64,000 nt of DNA from Leptolyngbyaceae cyanobacterium (GCA_965263355.1 CBDHHL010000032.1:1344001-1408000); one strand, 5' to 3'. Positions 1 to 10,585 are shown, counted from the stretch's first letter. The notes: generated by a model not told the origin, from the letters alone. Numbers and translations are program-made.

Positions 1-934
1 ACAGTGAGTAAACCACCCAATAATATCGTTCTGATTAATCTCATCAATGGCCATAGCGATGGCATCGTTGAGTTCATCATAGGTTCGAGCAGCTTGGGTT
101 CTTAGGCATTCTTTAATTTTGGACCAACCGTTTTCAATTGGCGAAAAATCAGGTGAATAGGGAAGCAGGTAGACCAACCTAGCCCCCACCGCTTCAATCG
201 CCTCGCGTACACCCTTGACCAGATGAGACTTAAAATTGTCCATCACCACACAAGCGCCTTCCCAGAGCTGAGGAACCAGACACTCGTCAATGTAGGTTCG
301 AAAGGTTAAGGCATCCGTCCCCCCTTGCCACGTCATGGGTGCGATAAAGCCCTTTGCCCAACTCAAGGCCCCAATCATGGTCACGTTCTTACCTCGAGTA
401 CTCGGGGCTTGTCCATAGGCACGTTTTCCTTTCTCAGCGCGGGCATATCGACGGGGCATCGCGATATTGCTTCCAGCCTCATCCAGGAAAATCAAATCCT
501 TGAGCTTCACCTCTCCAATCGTTTGCCAGTACTCTGTTCTTAAGGTTTGGACTCGGTCGGTGTGACGCTCGCTGGCGTGCAGTGTTTTTTTTGCGGGTTA
601 ACCCCAAGGTTTGAGTAATTCGTCCCATCGTTGATCGGCTCACCCACACGGCTTCTTGCTTATCAACTAACACCTGAAGTTCCTCCAAGGTAGCATCATT
701 GTTGGCTTCAATCAGGGCCTTAACCCGCTCTCGTTGCTCGGCATTGAGCAGGGGAGGATGACCACCACCATGCGCTTTCGGTTCAATCCCTTCACCCTGA
801 CGCCATCGTTTGAGTAATCGTTGGACGCTGCTCAAACTGACTTGAAAGCGCTTGGCTAACTGACGTTGAGACATCCCTTCGTCTGTGTGAACGTCAATGA
901 TGCGCTGGCGTAAATCAAGAGAAAGAGGCTTCAT
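1..934 (-). CDS. IS630 transposase, split ORFs joined by -1 frameshift at an A8 run (585-592); 3' end outside window
   Basis: MKPLSLDLRQRII...LTRKK then, in the -1 frame, KTLHASERHTDRVQ...DEAG...MDN...SPIENGWSK. Confidence 0.85.
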
Positions 935-1002
935 TGGAATACGAATCAGTAGTGGCTTTAGGGTTGCTGATATTGTATTCAAAACAAGCAGGAAACGCTA
1001 TA
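1..1002 (-). mobile_element. IS630-family insertion sequence (partial, runs off window start)
   Basis: HTH ORF A plus a DDE ORF B in the -1 frame (IFLDEAG...VVMDN...YSPDFSPIE). The element end TA|TAGCGTTTCC at about 999-1002 fits the TA target of IS630. Confidence 0.9.
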
Positions 1003-1088
1003 GCTGCGCACCCAGGGTATCGATAGTGCATGACTGTTAGCTATTGAAAAAGAGCTAACGTCAACATCCCAGGCATTATCTGTTTAGC

Positions 1089-1505
1089 TCATTCCACAGC
1101 CAATGACACTCGCTTACCCCCAATACCTCGCAAGTCGGCCAACAATTTGGCCACATCCGAGTAGGGCAGTGTCCGATCTGCCTTGAGCAGGACAAATCCC
1201 TCTGGGTTCTCGGCAAAATAGGTTTGAATAATTGGCGCTAGGGCTGGCGTTGTAATGGCCTCATCGTTATAAACCGCTTGACCATCTTCCCGCAAACCAA
1301 CCACCAATGGCTCCGTCTTCTCAACCACCTCTTCATCCACCCCCGACACCGCCTGGGGTAGGCTTACGCCAAAAATCTGCACACCGCTCAGTTCCATGGA
1401 AATGATGACAAAAAATGTCAGGACCGTCATCAATACATCCATCATTGGCACCAGATTCACCTCGGGCACCCCTCCAGAATTCTGATGGCGAGACTTTAAG
1501 CCCAT
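1089..1505 (-). CDS. exbD: Biopolymer transport protein ExbD/TolR
   Basis: EVNLVPMMDVLMTVLTFF TM motif; LKADRTLPY. Confidence 0.9.
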   Translation of the reverse strand: MGLKSRHQNSGGVPEVNLVPMMDVLMTVLTFFVIISMELSGVQIFGVSLPQAVSGVDEEVVEKTEPLVVGLREDGQAVYNDEAITTPALAPIIQTYFAENPEGFVLLKADRTLPYSDVAKLLADLRGIGGKRVSLAVE

Positions 1506-1508
1506 CGT

Positions 1509-1940
1509 TTACTCCTCCTCAGGATCTTCTAACGCCAGCGACACCCGGTCACCCCCGACAGCGCGCATATCCCCTAAAAACTGCATCACATTCTCGTACG
1601 GCAGCTCCTGATCTGGCACCAGATATACCGTTTTCTTGGGATTTTTCTTTAGATAGTTATCGATTTCTAACGCTAACTGCTGGCTATCAATCGGCTGTCC
1701 ATTGAGGGATGTCTGCTGCTTCTCATCCATCTCCACAATAAAAATTTCCTCGGCAGAGGGTAGCTGGTCCGGTGGAATATCTTCCGTTTGCTCCGGCGGC
1801 AGCTCTACCTCGATTAATTGCTCGCTACCTAAAGAAACCGCAATTACTACAAAAAAGGCTAGCACACCCATCATTACAGTGAGCATTGGCACCAGATCAA
1901 TGGTGGGAATTTGACTTTCCTGGCGTTTACCTAAAGGCAT
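1509..1940 (-). CDS. exbD: Biopolymer transport protein ExbD/TolR (second copy)
   Basis: IDLVPMLTVMMGVLAFF; PDQELPYENV. Start set at MPLGK (1940) because the longer track start lies inside a REP palindrome. Confidence 0.85.
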   Translation of the reverse strand: MPLGKRQESQIPTIDLVPMLTVMMGVLAFFVVIAVSLGSEQLIEVELPPEQTEDIPPDQLPSAEEIFIVEMDEKQQTSLNGQPIDSQQLALEIDNYLKKNPKKTVYLVPDQELPYENVMQFLGDMRAVGGDRVSLALEDPEEE

Positions 1941-1965
1941 AATTTTCTCTATCGCGGTTTCTTGG

Positions 1966-1997
1966 TTGTAGGGGCATTGCATGCCACGTCCCTACAA
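1966..1997. repeat. GTAG-type REP-like palindrome
   Basis: TTGTAGGGGCATTGCATGCCACGTCCCTACAA; related copies at 8869, 45890 and 47496. Confidence 0.75.
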
Positions 1998-2012
1998 CAA
2001 CAACGACACATA

Positions 2013-2714
2013 CTATTGATAGGTTGCGGCTGTGGATACTGGTGTTTCTTCAGGGGTATGGCCATTTTCTGAGGCTAACAACGCGGGCTCGTACCAATTT
2101 TGGCGATAGATTAGCTCTAGCTCATTACCGGCTTCTGAGAAATAGTCTGCTTGTTGGCTTTGGAGAGAAACGAGCACTCGTAGCACTAGCAACGCCAAAA
2201 TGGCGACAACCATGCCTGCGGCAGTGGTAATCAGGGCCTCTCCAATACCGGCAGCGGCTTTACTGGCACCTTCACCGCCGCCACTGCCGCCAATGTCTAA
2301 ACTGTAAAAGGTGGCGATTAGACCGGTTACGGTCCCCAATAGACCTAACAGTGGCGATATGGCTACGATGGTTTCCAGGAGCTTTTCCCCCTGGCGCATT
2401 TTGACAAATTCGCGGTCCGCAGCGGTTTCCATAGCTAGACGGAAGGTTTCAGGGGAGGCATTGTTTAACCGCAGGGGGGCGTAGAGAAAGCGACCAATGG
2501 GGGTATCGTGGTGTTGATTTGCGATCGCAGCCGCTTCATTCAAATCCCGTGGGGCCGCTGCTAATACATCGTTGACAATTTTGCCCTCACGGCGCAGCAA
2601 ATCGGACCAAAAGCGCGTCCGTTCCAGCGCACATGAAATCGTTAGCACCGAAGCGCCAACAATAGGCACCATTACTGGGCCACCCTTAGCGAGAAAGTCA
2701 AATACAGTTGCCAT
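2013..2714 (-). CDS. exbB: MotA/TolQ/ExbB proton channel protein
   Basis: GGPVMVP; SPLLGLLGTVTGLI; GIGEALITTAAG; lies upstream of two exbD genes. Confidence 0.9.
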   Translation of the reverse strand: MATVFDFLAKGGPVMVPIVGASVLTISCALERTRFWSDLLRREGKIVNDVLAAAPRDLNEAAAIANQHHDTPIGRFLYAPLRLNNASPETFRLAMETAADREFVKMRQGEKLLETIVAISPLLGLLGTVTGLIATFYSLDIGGSGGGEGASKAAAGIGEALITTAAGMVVAILALLVLRVLVSLQSQQADYFSEAGNELELIYRQNWYEPALLASENGHTPEETPVSTAATYQ

Positions 2715-2767
2715 AGCCTATATCCTGGATTACGTTTGCCTATCAGGTCTGTCCAAAAGCTTAAAGT

Positions 2768-3502
2768 CTACTGACGATCCCCTTCATCCTCCTCTTCTTC
2801 TTCAGCCGCTGCATCAGGCGCTGGATTCGCGGCTGTCGTCGAAGTATCAGGAGGTGTTTCACCGTCTGCCGCCGTCGGGGTATTGGTGGGTGGGGTAGCG
2901 GTAGCGGTACCACCATCATTAGTAGCTGAGGCAGCACCACCAGTAGCAGCAGCTCCCTGACCTGCAGACGCGGTAGTAGGCGCGGCACCAATAACCACTT
3001 CCTGCCATTCCAGATTGCTCTCGCCATTGACCTTGACAAGCACCGACTCAACGCGACCGGCAGCCACGGCTCCAGCCCCGATAACATCACACTCAAATGA
3101 GTCGCCCCGCTTATTCACTCGGTACGTATCCCGACAGTCAACGGCTAAACTCTTACCAACGGCATCTCTAATCTCGTCTTGAATCTGTTCCTCAAGGGAT
3201 GCCAGGTTGATCAAAACTTTAGAGCTGGGCACATCCCAACTAACTGTGCCTTGATCATCCTGCTGAATGACATTAACCGTAAACTCTGACCCATCTGGTA
3301 ACACGCCGACACAGCGAAAGTAAAATTCCGCCTGTTTAGCGACACGATTTGGGCAAATTACGTCCTTCAGGGTAAGCCGTCGCCCCTGGCGCTCAATGTC
3401 ATCCTGGATATCAGCCTCTATGCGAGACATATTTAGATGGCTTGAACAACTGCTGAGAAGAACTAACCCCAGTAGTGCCCCCATCCGTACAATGGCGACC
3501 AT
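2768..3502 (-). CDS. Lipoprotein, DUF4333-like, with acidic low-complexity tail
   Basis: Lipobox LSSC; two Cys-paired repeats (VICP...FRC, VDC...FECDV). Start uncertain (3529/3502). Confidence 0.65.
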   Translation of the reverse strand: MVAIVRMGALLGLVLLSSCSSHLNMSRIEADIQDDIERQGRRLTLKDVICPNRVAKQAEFYFRCVGVLPDGSEFTVNVIQQDDQGTVSWDVPSSKVLINLASLEEQIQDEIRDAVGKSLAVDCRDTYRVNKRGDSFECDVIGAGAVAAGRVESVLVKVNGESNLEWQEVVIGAAPTTASAGQGAAATGGAASATNDGGTATATPPTNTPTAADGETPPDTSTTAANPAPDAAAEEEEEDEGDRQ

Positions 3503-3617
3503 TCTGCGACAACGAAAAAAGTTAATCAAGGTTTACTATAACGGGGGTATCTAGGAGCCAGGTAAAGGTCCGGTTAAGAGAACCTTGAGTATTGTGGAAA
3601 ACCCTGAGATTTCCTTT

Positions 3618-3645
3618 GTAAAGGCGTTCCATGGAACACCTCTAT
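3618..3645. repeat. REP-like palindrome (GCGTTCCATGGAACGC subtype)
   Basis: GTAAAGGCGTTCCATGGAACACCTCTAT; same family as 3930 and 49257. Confidence 0.7.
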
Positions 3646-3655
3646 AAAAAAATAC

Positions 3656-3929
3656 CTAACCTTTCATCTGCCGTACCAGATGTTGCAATTCTGGCAAAAT
3701 CAAAGACTTTACTGCTAGCGCTACTACATTGCTAGACCCTGGTAGCAAAAAATTAGTGTCGATTGATACACCCCTGCAGTTACCCTGGAGGCAATTGCCC
3801 TAGACCCAATTTCAGCATAGCTAAGCTGACGAAAAATTTCGCCAAATCCTGGAATTTCTTTTGCTAACAGGGCTGCGATCGCAGCATAGGTCGTATCTCT
3901 CGGCGCGATCCCAGTTCCCCCATTACAAA
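3656..3929 (-). pseudogene. MogA/MoaB molybdenum cofactor biosynthesis protein, C-terminal remnant with frameshift
   Basis: GGTGIAPRDTT...EIPGFGEIFR...SRA motif, then a shifted frame LPGSSNVVALAVKSLILPELQH. The N-terminus is absent. Confidence 0.85.
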
Positions 3930-3959
3930 TGTCGGGGCGTTCCATGGAACGCCCCGACA
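3930..3959. repeat. Perfect 30-bp REP-like palindrome
   Basis: TGTCGGGGCGTTCCA|TGGAACGCCCCGACA. Confidence 0.8.
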
Positions 3960-3969
3960 GAAAACAAAA

Positions 3970-4302
3970 TTAACTCTTAGTAAAGCCCAACCCATGCTCC
4001 TCGGCATAGCGATTCATAAAGCGCATAAAGCGCTCCCATTCAGCCGGACTTTTGAGTAATAGCCGAGCTTCTAAAGCAGCAGGGGCTCCATTGATAAACT
4101 TGGCATTGACTTCTCGGCTGGTGATCATACCTTCTTCATCGACTAGATACAAGCCAGTCACCTCAAAGCCTTCCTCCATAAGGGCCTTAGGCTCATCAAA
4201 ATAGAATGTCGCAGTGCCGTCTGAACCATCCTTAGCACGGGTTAACCGCACATCGGGAATAACTTCCTCAGCTACACCCTGAGCAAATTGGATTTCTGCC
4301 AT
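3970..4302 (-). CDS. psb28: Photosystem II assembly protein Psb28
   Basis: MAEIQF...[13 protein letters not shown]...[12 protein letters not shown]. Confidence 0.95.
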   Translation of the reverse strand: MAEIQFAQGVAEEVIPDVRLTRAKDGSDGTATFYFDEPKALMEEGFEVTGLYLVDEEGMITSREVNAKFINGAPAALEARLLLKSPAEWERFMRFMNRYAEEHGLGFTKS

Positions 4303-4393
4303 TGCACTGTCCTCTAAATTAATAACTACAAGCCGTTTGTTACAAAGCGTTAAGTTCTATCATCTCATCATATGAGTGTTGTTTAAAACACGA

Positions 4394-6556
4394 TTAGGAA
4401 ACAATCACCTGATACGGTGATGCCATTGGTGACATACGTCGTTGCAACACCAGTCCTTGGTACACCATCGCGGCAACTTCTCCACAGGTCGCTACGCGAT
4501 TTGGGGTTAATAGATCTAGGTTTGGATAGTTAAAGACAAGGCCAAGTTTGGTTGCAGTTGAGATCGCATTCACAGCATAGCGAGGCACCTGGGTCTGGTC
4601 TTGATAACGGACAAGTAAACCAGCGGGATCCTTAACTCTAAGCCGTAGACCACTCACTAAGGCTAGTAGCACCTGAATTTTAAGGATGACTTGCTCCGGG
4701 GCAAAGGTATAGTCTGGAAACCCTGACAAAAACTTGGCGCGATAGGCCGTATGGATTGCCTCAGACGCCCAATGGGAGGCCGGGACATCACGAAATGCGA
4801 CGGGATAACGTAGAGATTTTGGCTCAAAGGCAGCCACTAGTAAATTGGCAAATTGGGCACGGGTCATGGAGGCATCAGGCTGACTGGATAATTCCAATAG
4901 ATTTTGAGCCATTAGGGGCTGTAAAAAGTCATCGGCCCAATGGCGGCTGGCCACCACCGTATTACTCGCGGCTGTGACTGCATTGCTCACCGATCTTCTG
5001 ACTGGCTGCACAATGTAAGGAGAGACTAGGGGCTGCATTCGCCCTATATTGACCAAACACTGATACACCAATGCCGTTGTTTCAGCACGGGTAATTGGCT
5101 GCATCGGTCGCAGTGCTGCCACATCGGGATGGTTGACCACAATGCCACGCCGAGTAGCCGAGGCTACTTCTTCTACCGCATAGGGAGGCACCTGGGCACG
5201 ATCGCTATAGACACTAAGCTCTGAGGTCATCCCTTCCCCTAAACTCAAACCATTGATCAGGGCCACTAATGCCTGGGCACGGGTCATTGGGTCATTGGGT
5301 CTAAAGGTATTGTCTGGAAAGCCAACAATAAACCCCTCGGCCTGGGCTTTGTAAATCACCGTACGCGCCCAAAAGTCTGACGATATATCTCTAAAAGGTT
5401 TGAATCGACGGCCATTGTTACTGCTAGCTGGAAAGGTAGCCATTACCAGCGCGGAAAATTCAGCCCGAGTGACTAACCCGTTGGGCCGAAATGAGCCATC
5501 AAAAAAGCCTTTGACCAGGTCTGCCTCTGCCATGGCATTGATAAAAGGAGCAGCCCAGTGACCAACCACATCACCAAAACGACTGTCCAAATTCAGGGGA
5601 GGGGGCACAGGGGAATCTGGAGTAACCGGGGCTGGCTTGGGTTGTACCCGTCCCAATAGCATCTTGGGTACCGCGACTGGATCCGGTATTTCGCTAGCGA
5701 CATAGCGAATGGCTCCTTTGGCCCGATTGGGATTGATATAGTTGCCAGCACTGGTGAGGGGTTGTCGGCTCTCATTTTTGATATCCCAATGGCCATTATC
5801 GCGAAACTCATTGTCCCCCAGGTCCTGACTCTGTCCCACGTCAGGCTGGGCCGTATCTTGCACCCATAAACCCGATGTTTCATTGCGACGCACTCGATTT
5901 TGACGGAGTACAGGCCGAGCTGAGCGTGATAAGACAATGCCAGCCCGATTGTTAACCACTTCGTTATCGATTAGTAATGGAGCGGCTTGATCACTGATGG
6001 CCACACCATAGCCAGTCTGTTCAAATCGGTTTTGGCGCACTTCTCCCTTAGACCTACGCACCATAAACAGCCCACTGGCTTGATTCTGAAAAAATTCGTT
6101 GGCTAACAGCACAGGTACGGCATTATTCGTTGCAAATACCCCATCCCGTCCACAGCCCTTAAATCGACAGCGGGTCAGCAGTGCGGAGCCCTGCTCTAGC
6201 CAAACACCCACCCCCTGGGATTGAGGATTGGTGACTGTCACATTACGTACCTGGGCTCCATTTTGAAGCTCTAGGGTGACCGCCTGGGCACCAAAATCCT
6301 CGGTGGCTAGCAAGCCACTGCCGCGAATGATTACATTGCCGCCCACCCCCACTATCGTTACCCCCGAGCGGATGATCAATGGAAATGACTCCCCGCTACC
6401 ATAGGTCCCAGCCTCTAGCTGTATCGTAGTGCCACTAATCGCTCGCCCCAAAGCCTGGGTCAACGTATTAAACGGTGCTTGGCGAGTGCCATTTCCTTGG
6501 GCACCACCAGCACGATTGACATATAGAACAGAGGCGGTAGCTTGCACCATGGCCAC
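4394..6556 (-). CDS. DUF1565/right-handed beta-helix protein with C-terminal SLH domains
   Basis: GNGTRQAPFNTLTQAL...LEAGTY; parallel beta-helix repeats; SLH motifs GFFDGSFRPN, TRAQ, GFPDYTFAP. Confidence 0.85.
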   Translation of the reverse strand: MAMVQATASVLYVNRAGGAQGNGTRQAPFNTLTQALGRAISGTTIQLEAGTYGSGESFPLIIRSGVTIVGVGGNVIIRGSGLLATEDFGAQAVTLELQNGAQVRNVTVTNPQSQGVGVWLEQGSALLTRCRFKGCGRDGVFATNNAVPVLLANEFFQNQASGLFMVRRSKGEVRQNRFEQTGYGVAISDQAAPLLIDNEVVNNRAGIVLSRSARPVLRQNRVRRNETSGLWVQDTAQPDVGQSQDLGDNEFRDNGHWDIKNESRQPLTSAGNYINPNRAKGAIRYVASEIPDPVAVPKMLLGRVQPKPAPVTPDSPVPPPLNLDSRFGDVVGHWAAPFINAMAEADLVKGFFDGSFRPNGLVTRAEFSALVMATFPASSNNGRRFKPFRDISSDFWARTVIYKAQAEGFIVGFPDNTFRPNDPMTRAQALVALINGLSLGEGMTSELSVYSDRAQVPPYAVEEVASATRRGIVVNHPDVAALRPMQPITRAETTALVYQCLVNIGRMQPLVSPYIVQPVRRSVSNAVTAASNTVVASRHWADDFLQPLMAQNLLELSSQPDASMTRAQFANLLVAAFEPKSLRYPVAFRDVPASHWASEAIHTAYRAKFLSGFPDYTFAPEQVILKIQVLLALVSGLRLRVKDPAGLLVRYQDQTQVPRYAVNAISTATKLGLVFNYPNLDLLTPNRVATCGEVAAMVYQGLVLQRRMSPMASPYQVIVS

Positions 6557-6715
6557 TAAAACTAAACTGATGGTAAAAAACTGATGGATAATCCACTCAG
6601 GGTAAAGGCAAAGGCATGTTGATACAACCTTATTGTTTAATAATTGACATTAAATCTTATCCACGCCCAGAACGGTCATCTTTCCTGAGAAGACCCTACA
6701 GGTTTCAACCTGGAT

Positions 6716-7033
6716 GTGGTTTATCAATTGATAATTATGCTGACTGTTATTGCCATTGCTAATTGTGCGATCGCGCTACTATGCATTGTGCTTAGCTGGC
6801 GGGTTGCTCGGTTTGGCAGACAAGTCAATCAGCTTAACCATAAGCTCAAACGTTGGACAGTACTATTAGAAAACGCCTTAGCTCAGCAGACCCTAGCCAT
6901 TACCGCCAGACGAACCGATCTCCATCAATGGCAGCTCATGCATCTGAGCTGGCAACTCCAACAGCGACAGATAATTCAAATAGCTAAATTGCTACAGCTA
7001 GTTTGGCTGTTTAGCAAACGTCGATTGTTCTAG
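6716..7033 (+). CDS. Hypothetical membrane-anchored protein
   Basis: N-terminal hydrophobic helix; first gene of a co-oriented cluster. Confidence 0.55.
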   Translation: MVYQLIIMLTVIAIANCAIALLCIVLSWRVARFGRQVNQLNHKLKRWTVLLENALAQQTLAITARRTDLHQWQLMHLSWQLQQRQIIQIAKLLQLVWLFSKRRLF

Positions 7034-7104
7034 TTATTCTCCCATTGGTCATTTTCCCTTGACCCTTGCCCCTTGATTAGTGGGAAAGGCCCACTCTAAC
7101 TCCT

Positions 7105-7422
7105 ATGTCACAAAATAATTCCGATAAATTCATTGGTGGTCTCTTGGCAGGCACCGCCATTGGCACTGTCATTGGTATCCTGATTGCTCCGCGCAGCGGC
7201 AAACATACCCGTAAGGTGCTAAAAAAGTCAGCCGATGCTGTACCTGATATCATTGACGACCTCTCCACTAGCCTGCAGTTTCATGCTGATCGGCTTTCCC
7301 ACACTACATTGCAAAATTGGGATAGCACTCTGGGGCGGCTCAAAGAAGCCTTAATTGCTGGTCAGGCAGCTACCCGTGAAGAATTTGCCCAAACCGCAGT
7401 GACCGAACCCAAGCGTGACTAA
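7105..7422 (+). CDS. YtxH-domain protein
   Basis: FIGGLLAGTAIG..IGILIAPRSGKHTR. Confidence 0.85.
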   Translation: MSQNNSDKFIGGLLAGTAIGTVIGILIAPRSGKHTRKVLKKSADAVPDIIDDLSTSLQFHADRLSHTTLQNWDSTLGRLKEALIAGQAATREEFAQTAVTEPKRD

Positions 7423-7945
7423 TCCTGTGATTTGGCTAGGACTCTCTATTCTACTTCTGGCCATAGGTCTAGCAGCTTTAGTATGTGTCTCTATCCCAGC
7501 GCTGATCGGTTTAGCCAGGGCAGCACGCAGTGCTGAAAAGTTTTTTGACACCCTAGACCGGGAGCTGCCCCGTACCCTGGAAGCGATGCGCCATACTGGC
7601 GATGACCTCAGGGGTTTGGCTGATGACATGACCGATAGTGTAAGTAGTGCTCGTAACATCGTTAGACAGGTGGATCGCAGCCTCAGCGATGTGCGCCAAC
7701 AGGCCAATCATGCTAAACGCACAACTCGCAGTGTTGCTATTGGGTTTAGAGCCGCTTGGCAGGTGTTAACCAAACCAACTGGCTCTCGTAAGCGCAGACG
7801 TCGACCGCCACCGTCCAAACCATCACCTAAACCACTGCCAAAACCGCTGGCAGACGCCCCTGCCACTCACCCTTCAAGCCCTTACTCATCCACTAATCCT
7901 GCTCCTAGTAGCAGCACTACGAAGGAGCGTCTCGACAGGCAGTGA
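7415..7945 (+). CDS. DUF948-like membrane/coiled-coil protein
   Basis: PVIWLGLS...ARAARSAEKFFDTLDRELP; overlaps the YtxH stop. Confidence 0.7.
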   Translation: MTNPVIWLGLSILLLAIGLAALVCVSIPALIGLARAARSAEKFFDTLDRELPRTLEAMRHTGDDLRGLADDMTDSVSSARNIVRQVDRSLSDVRQQANHAKRTTRSVAIGFRAAWQVLTKPTGSRKRRRRPPPSKPSPKPLPKPLADAPATHPSSPYSSTNPAPSSSTTKERLDRQ

Positions 7946-7999
7946 TTGACGGAAACCTGTTTTCTTCTTTACATTAAAGATAGGTAAATAAGTGTAAAC

Positions 8000-8821
8000 A
8001 TGATGAGCCTACGCTTTAGGAATTGGTTGCGAACTTCTTTATTGGGAGGTTTGCTAGTTTGTTGTATTGCTTTCACTACAGGGATGACAGCTACCGCTGC
8101 CTATGCTTACAACAATCCAGAGTTATTACCCGATGAACCGACAATGGTAATTGACCTGGCAAAACTTCTCACCAATTCTGAGGAAGAGTATCTGAATAAA
8201 CATCTGCCTGAGTTTGAAGCAGAAACGGGTTGGAAGCTTAGGGTACTCACCCAGTTTGATCAAACTCCAGGGCGAGCAGTGAAGGATTTTTGGGGGCTAG
8301 ATGAAAAAAGCATCATGCTGATCGCTGACCCCCGTGGCGGCAATATCCTCAACTTTAGTGTTGGCGATGCAGTGTATCCGTTATTACCCCGTGTATTTTG
8401 GATTGAGCTACAGACGAGGTTTGGCAATCAGTTTTTTGTGCGGGACCATGGTGAAGATCAGTCCATAATGCAGTCGATTGAGTCCCTGGAAACATGTCTG
8501 GCGCGGGGTGGATGCTCAGTGGTACCTGGCTTACCCAGGGAACAGTGGATTCTAACTTTAATTACATCTGTGCTGGGTGGTATCATATGCGGCTTTGCAG
8601 CCCATCCAAGGAAGGAAGGTCAAGTGTTTTCCTGGCAGTGGATGCTGATATTCTCTCCCCTGTGGGGCATGTTATTTATCGCGTTTGGCATTGGCCCGGT
8701 GGTGACTCGCACTCAAGACTGGTTACCCCTAATGCGTAACTGTGCCGGGTTTATCATCGGTGCATTGGTTGCCTTCTTGAGCCCTACATTTGCTGATTCG
8801 TCTGCTAGCGGCGAAGTATAG
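8000..8821 (+). CDS. TPM-domain (thylakoid-lumen-type) membrane protein
   Basis: Signal peptide; VIDLAKLL...FEAETGWKLRVLTQ...FGNQFFVRDHGED; C-terminal TM helices. Confidence 0.8.
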   Translation: MMSLRFRNWLRTSLLGGLLVCCIAFTTGMTATAAYAYNNPELLPDEPTMVIDLAKLLTNSEEEYLNKHLPEFEAETGWKLRVLTQFDQTPGRAVKDFWGLDEKSIMLIADPRGGNILNFSVGDAVYPLLPRVFWIELQTRFGNQFFVRDHGEDQSIMQSIESLETCLARGGCSVVPGLPREQWILTLITSVLGGIICGFAAHPRKEGQVFSWQWMLIFSPLWGMLFIAFGIGPVVTRTQDWLPLMRNCAGFIIGALVAFLSPTFADSSASGEV

Positions 8822-8868
8822 GGCATACATCGGCCTATATAGATTGAAATCAATGGGTTTTACCATAG

Positions 8869-8896
8869 GTAAGGGCATTGCATGCAATGCCCCTAC
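8869..8896. repeat. GTAG-type REP-like palindrome between convergent genes
   Basis: GTAAGGGCATTGCATGCAATGCCCCTAC. Confidence 0.75.
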
Positions 8897-8911
8897 GGAT
8901 AGATTTTAGAT

Positions 8912-10528
8912 TTAATTTGCCTCGGGTAGTGGTTTAACCCGTCTGCCCCTAGGGAGTTCTACAAAGATGTCATAGCGAAGGCTGCGCTCGTTTTGAACTC
9001 GGGTAGTTATGCCAATACTTTTAATGGCTGAAATCGCAGGTGCATCAGGCAGTTTGGGAAAGGGCAGTATGCCTTGCAAGTCGTCCAGTTGTTCCATGTC
9101 TAGAAAGAAGTAGCCATTGTTATCTGACGGCGAGATGTCTAAAAGGGTCTGAAAGGCGCGATTGGACTGGAGGGGTTTAGTTGGGCGTGGTGCGATCGCA
9201 TCCAGTACATCTGACCCCATGCCAAAAAAGGTAACGTTTTGATCTAGCCAGCCATGCCCCATGGCAATCCCACCATAGTGAGACACCAACTGATTGACAG
9301 GCTGAGATGCGACCTCGTTGGACTCTAAATCAAAGCTAAAGCGACTGATCATCACTTCGTTTAACTCCGCCCACGTCGCTTCGGCTGCCTTGCGATCGGC
9401 CACCTCCGCCACCAGAGCCAGTTGCCCCATAGGGATAGCCGATTCGCTCGTCTTACTTGGGGGTAATAAACCAAAGGCCACGTCACCTGAGAGCCAAGGT
9501 AAAACATCATTGGCAAAATCCAAGCCTGTTTGAGTCTTGAGCCCCTTGACCAGGGAGTCCACAGAAATAGGCAACAGGGTATTTAATCGCTCAGCACTCT
9601 CCAGGGCTTGCCAAAGCGGCCCAATATTAGCAGTGGATAGCAGCAGCACAGTGGAGTCAGGCAAACGCTGGGGTGCCAACGACTGGGTGTTGGTCATATC
9701 CCGATACACGGGCTCGTCCTCAGGCCCTAACCAGGTTGAGGCTTCAATCTCTAGCCCATTGGGTAAAGTATTTGCGGCGGCCACTAAACCATTGATCCCA
9801 GGCAGGCTATCACTCTCCGCCAACGCTGTAGCCGCCACGGGCACATTCACATATAGCTGCATAAGTGCCGAGGGCATTTTCAACTGCTTGAAGGCACGCA
9901 GATAGGCATCGTTATCAAGCATCGACACGCTACCCTCAAAGCTATCGATCACCGCCTCAATGCTTTTAGTGCCTGAGGCTAGCACCAACCATTTATTGCC
10001 TAAGACGCTACTCTCAAAGGTTTCACCCCGAGCTGTTTCGATGGACTGGATGCCAACCCCCTTGTAATCACGCCCCACCCAAGTAGTACCTTCTTGGGGA
10101 GTGGCCATCAATTCCTGGGCCTTGGCTGGATCAGCAATGGGTACCACTAGGACCATTTCTGTGGCTGCTTGCCCGCTGCTTGGCAAAAAAGCAACGGTTA
10201 CTTGCTCGCCAATCCAGGGCTGAATATCAGTCTTAAAGCGATAACCATTAGCGCTGATAATGCGATCGCGCCACGTGGCCAGCCACCGATCCAAAAATCT
10301 TTGAGACTCTGGTGTACCTAGCTGACGCAAACGGTTCCACTGATTTTCATCCGTAGTCAGGGTCAGGGTCACCAATGCATCATCTGGCACCAATTCCATG
10401 CCAGCCGGGAACTTCACCCCAGCTGAAAGTCGCTGAATAATGCCAAAATAGGCGGCTGCACCGCCAAGTACCAATAAGAATGCTGTGCTAATGGTGACCA
10501 GCAGGGGGGGCCGTTGCTTGAGAACCAT
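8912..10528 (-). CDS. DUF3352-domain protein
   Basis: N-terminal TM; DIQPWIGEQVTVAFL; DVLPWLSGDVAFGL; NNGYFFLD. Confidence 0.8.
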   Translation of the reverse strand: MVLKQRPPLLVTISTAFLLVLGGAAAYFGIIQRLSAGVKFPAGMELVPDDALVTLTLTTDENQWNRLRQLGTPESQRFLDRWLATWRDRIISANGYRFKTDIQPWIGEQVTVAFLPSSGQAATEMVLVVPIADPAKAQELMATPQEGTTWVGRDYKGVGIQSIETARGETFESSVLGNKWLVLASGTKSIEAVIDSFEGSVSMLDNDAYLRAFKQLKMPSALMQLYVNVPVAATALAESDSLPGINGLVAAANTLPNGLEIEASTWLGPEDEPVYRDMTNTQSLAPQRLPDSTVLLLSTANIGPLWQALESAERLNTLLPISVDSLVKGLKTQTGLDFANDVLPWLSGDVAFGLLPPSKTSESAIPMGQLALVAEVADRKAAEATWAELNEVMISRFSFDLESNEVASQPVNQLVSHYGGIAMGHGWLDQNVTFFGMGSDVLDAIAPRPTKPLQSNRAFQTLLDISPSDNNGYFFLDMEQLDDLQGILPFPKLPDAPAISAIKSIGITTRVQNERSLRYDIFVELPRGRRVKPLPEAN

Positions 10529-10585
10529 GGGCGCTAGCAGGAGACAACGCTGCTAATCTATCATCGGTTTACCCAAATGGCACAT

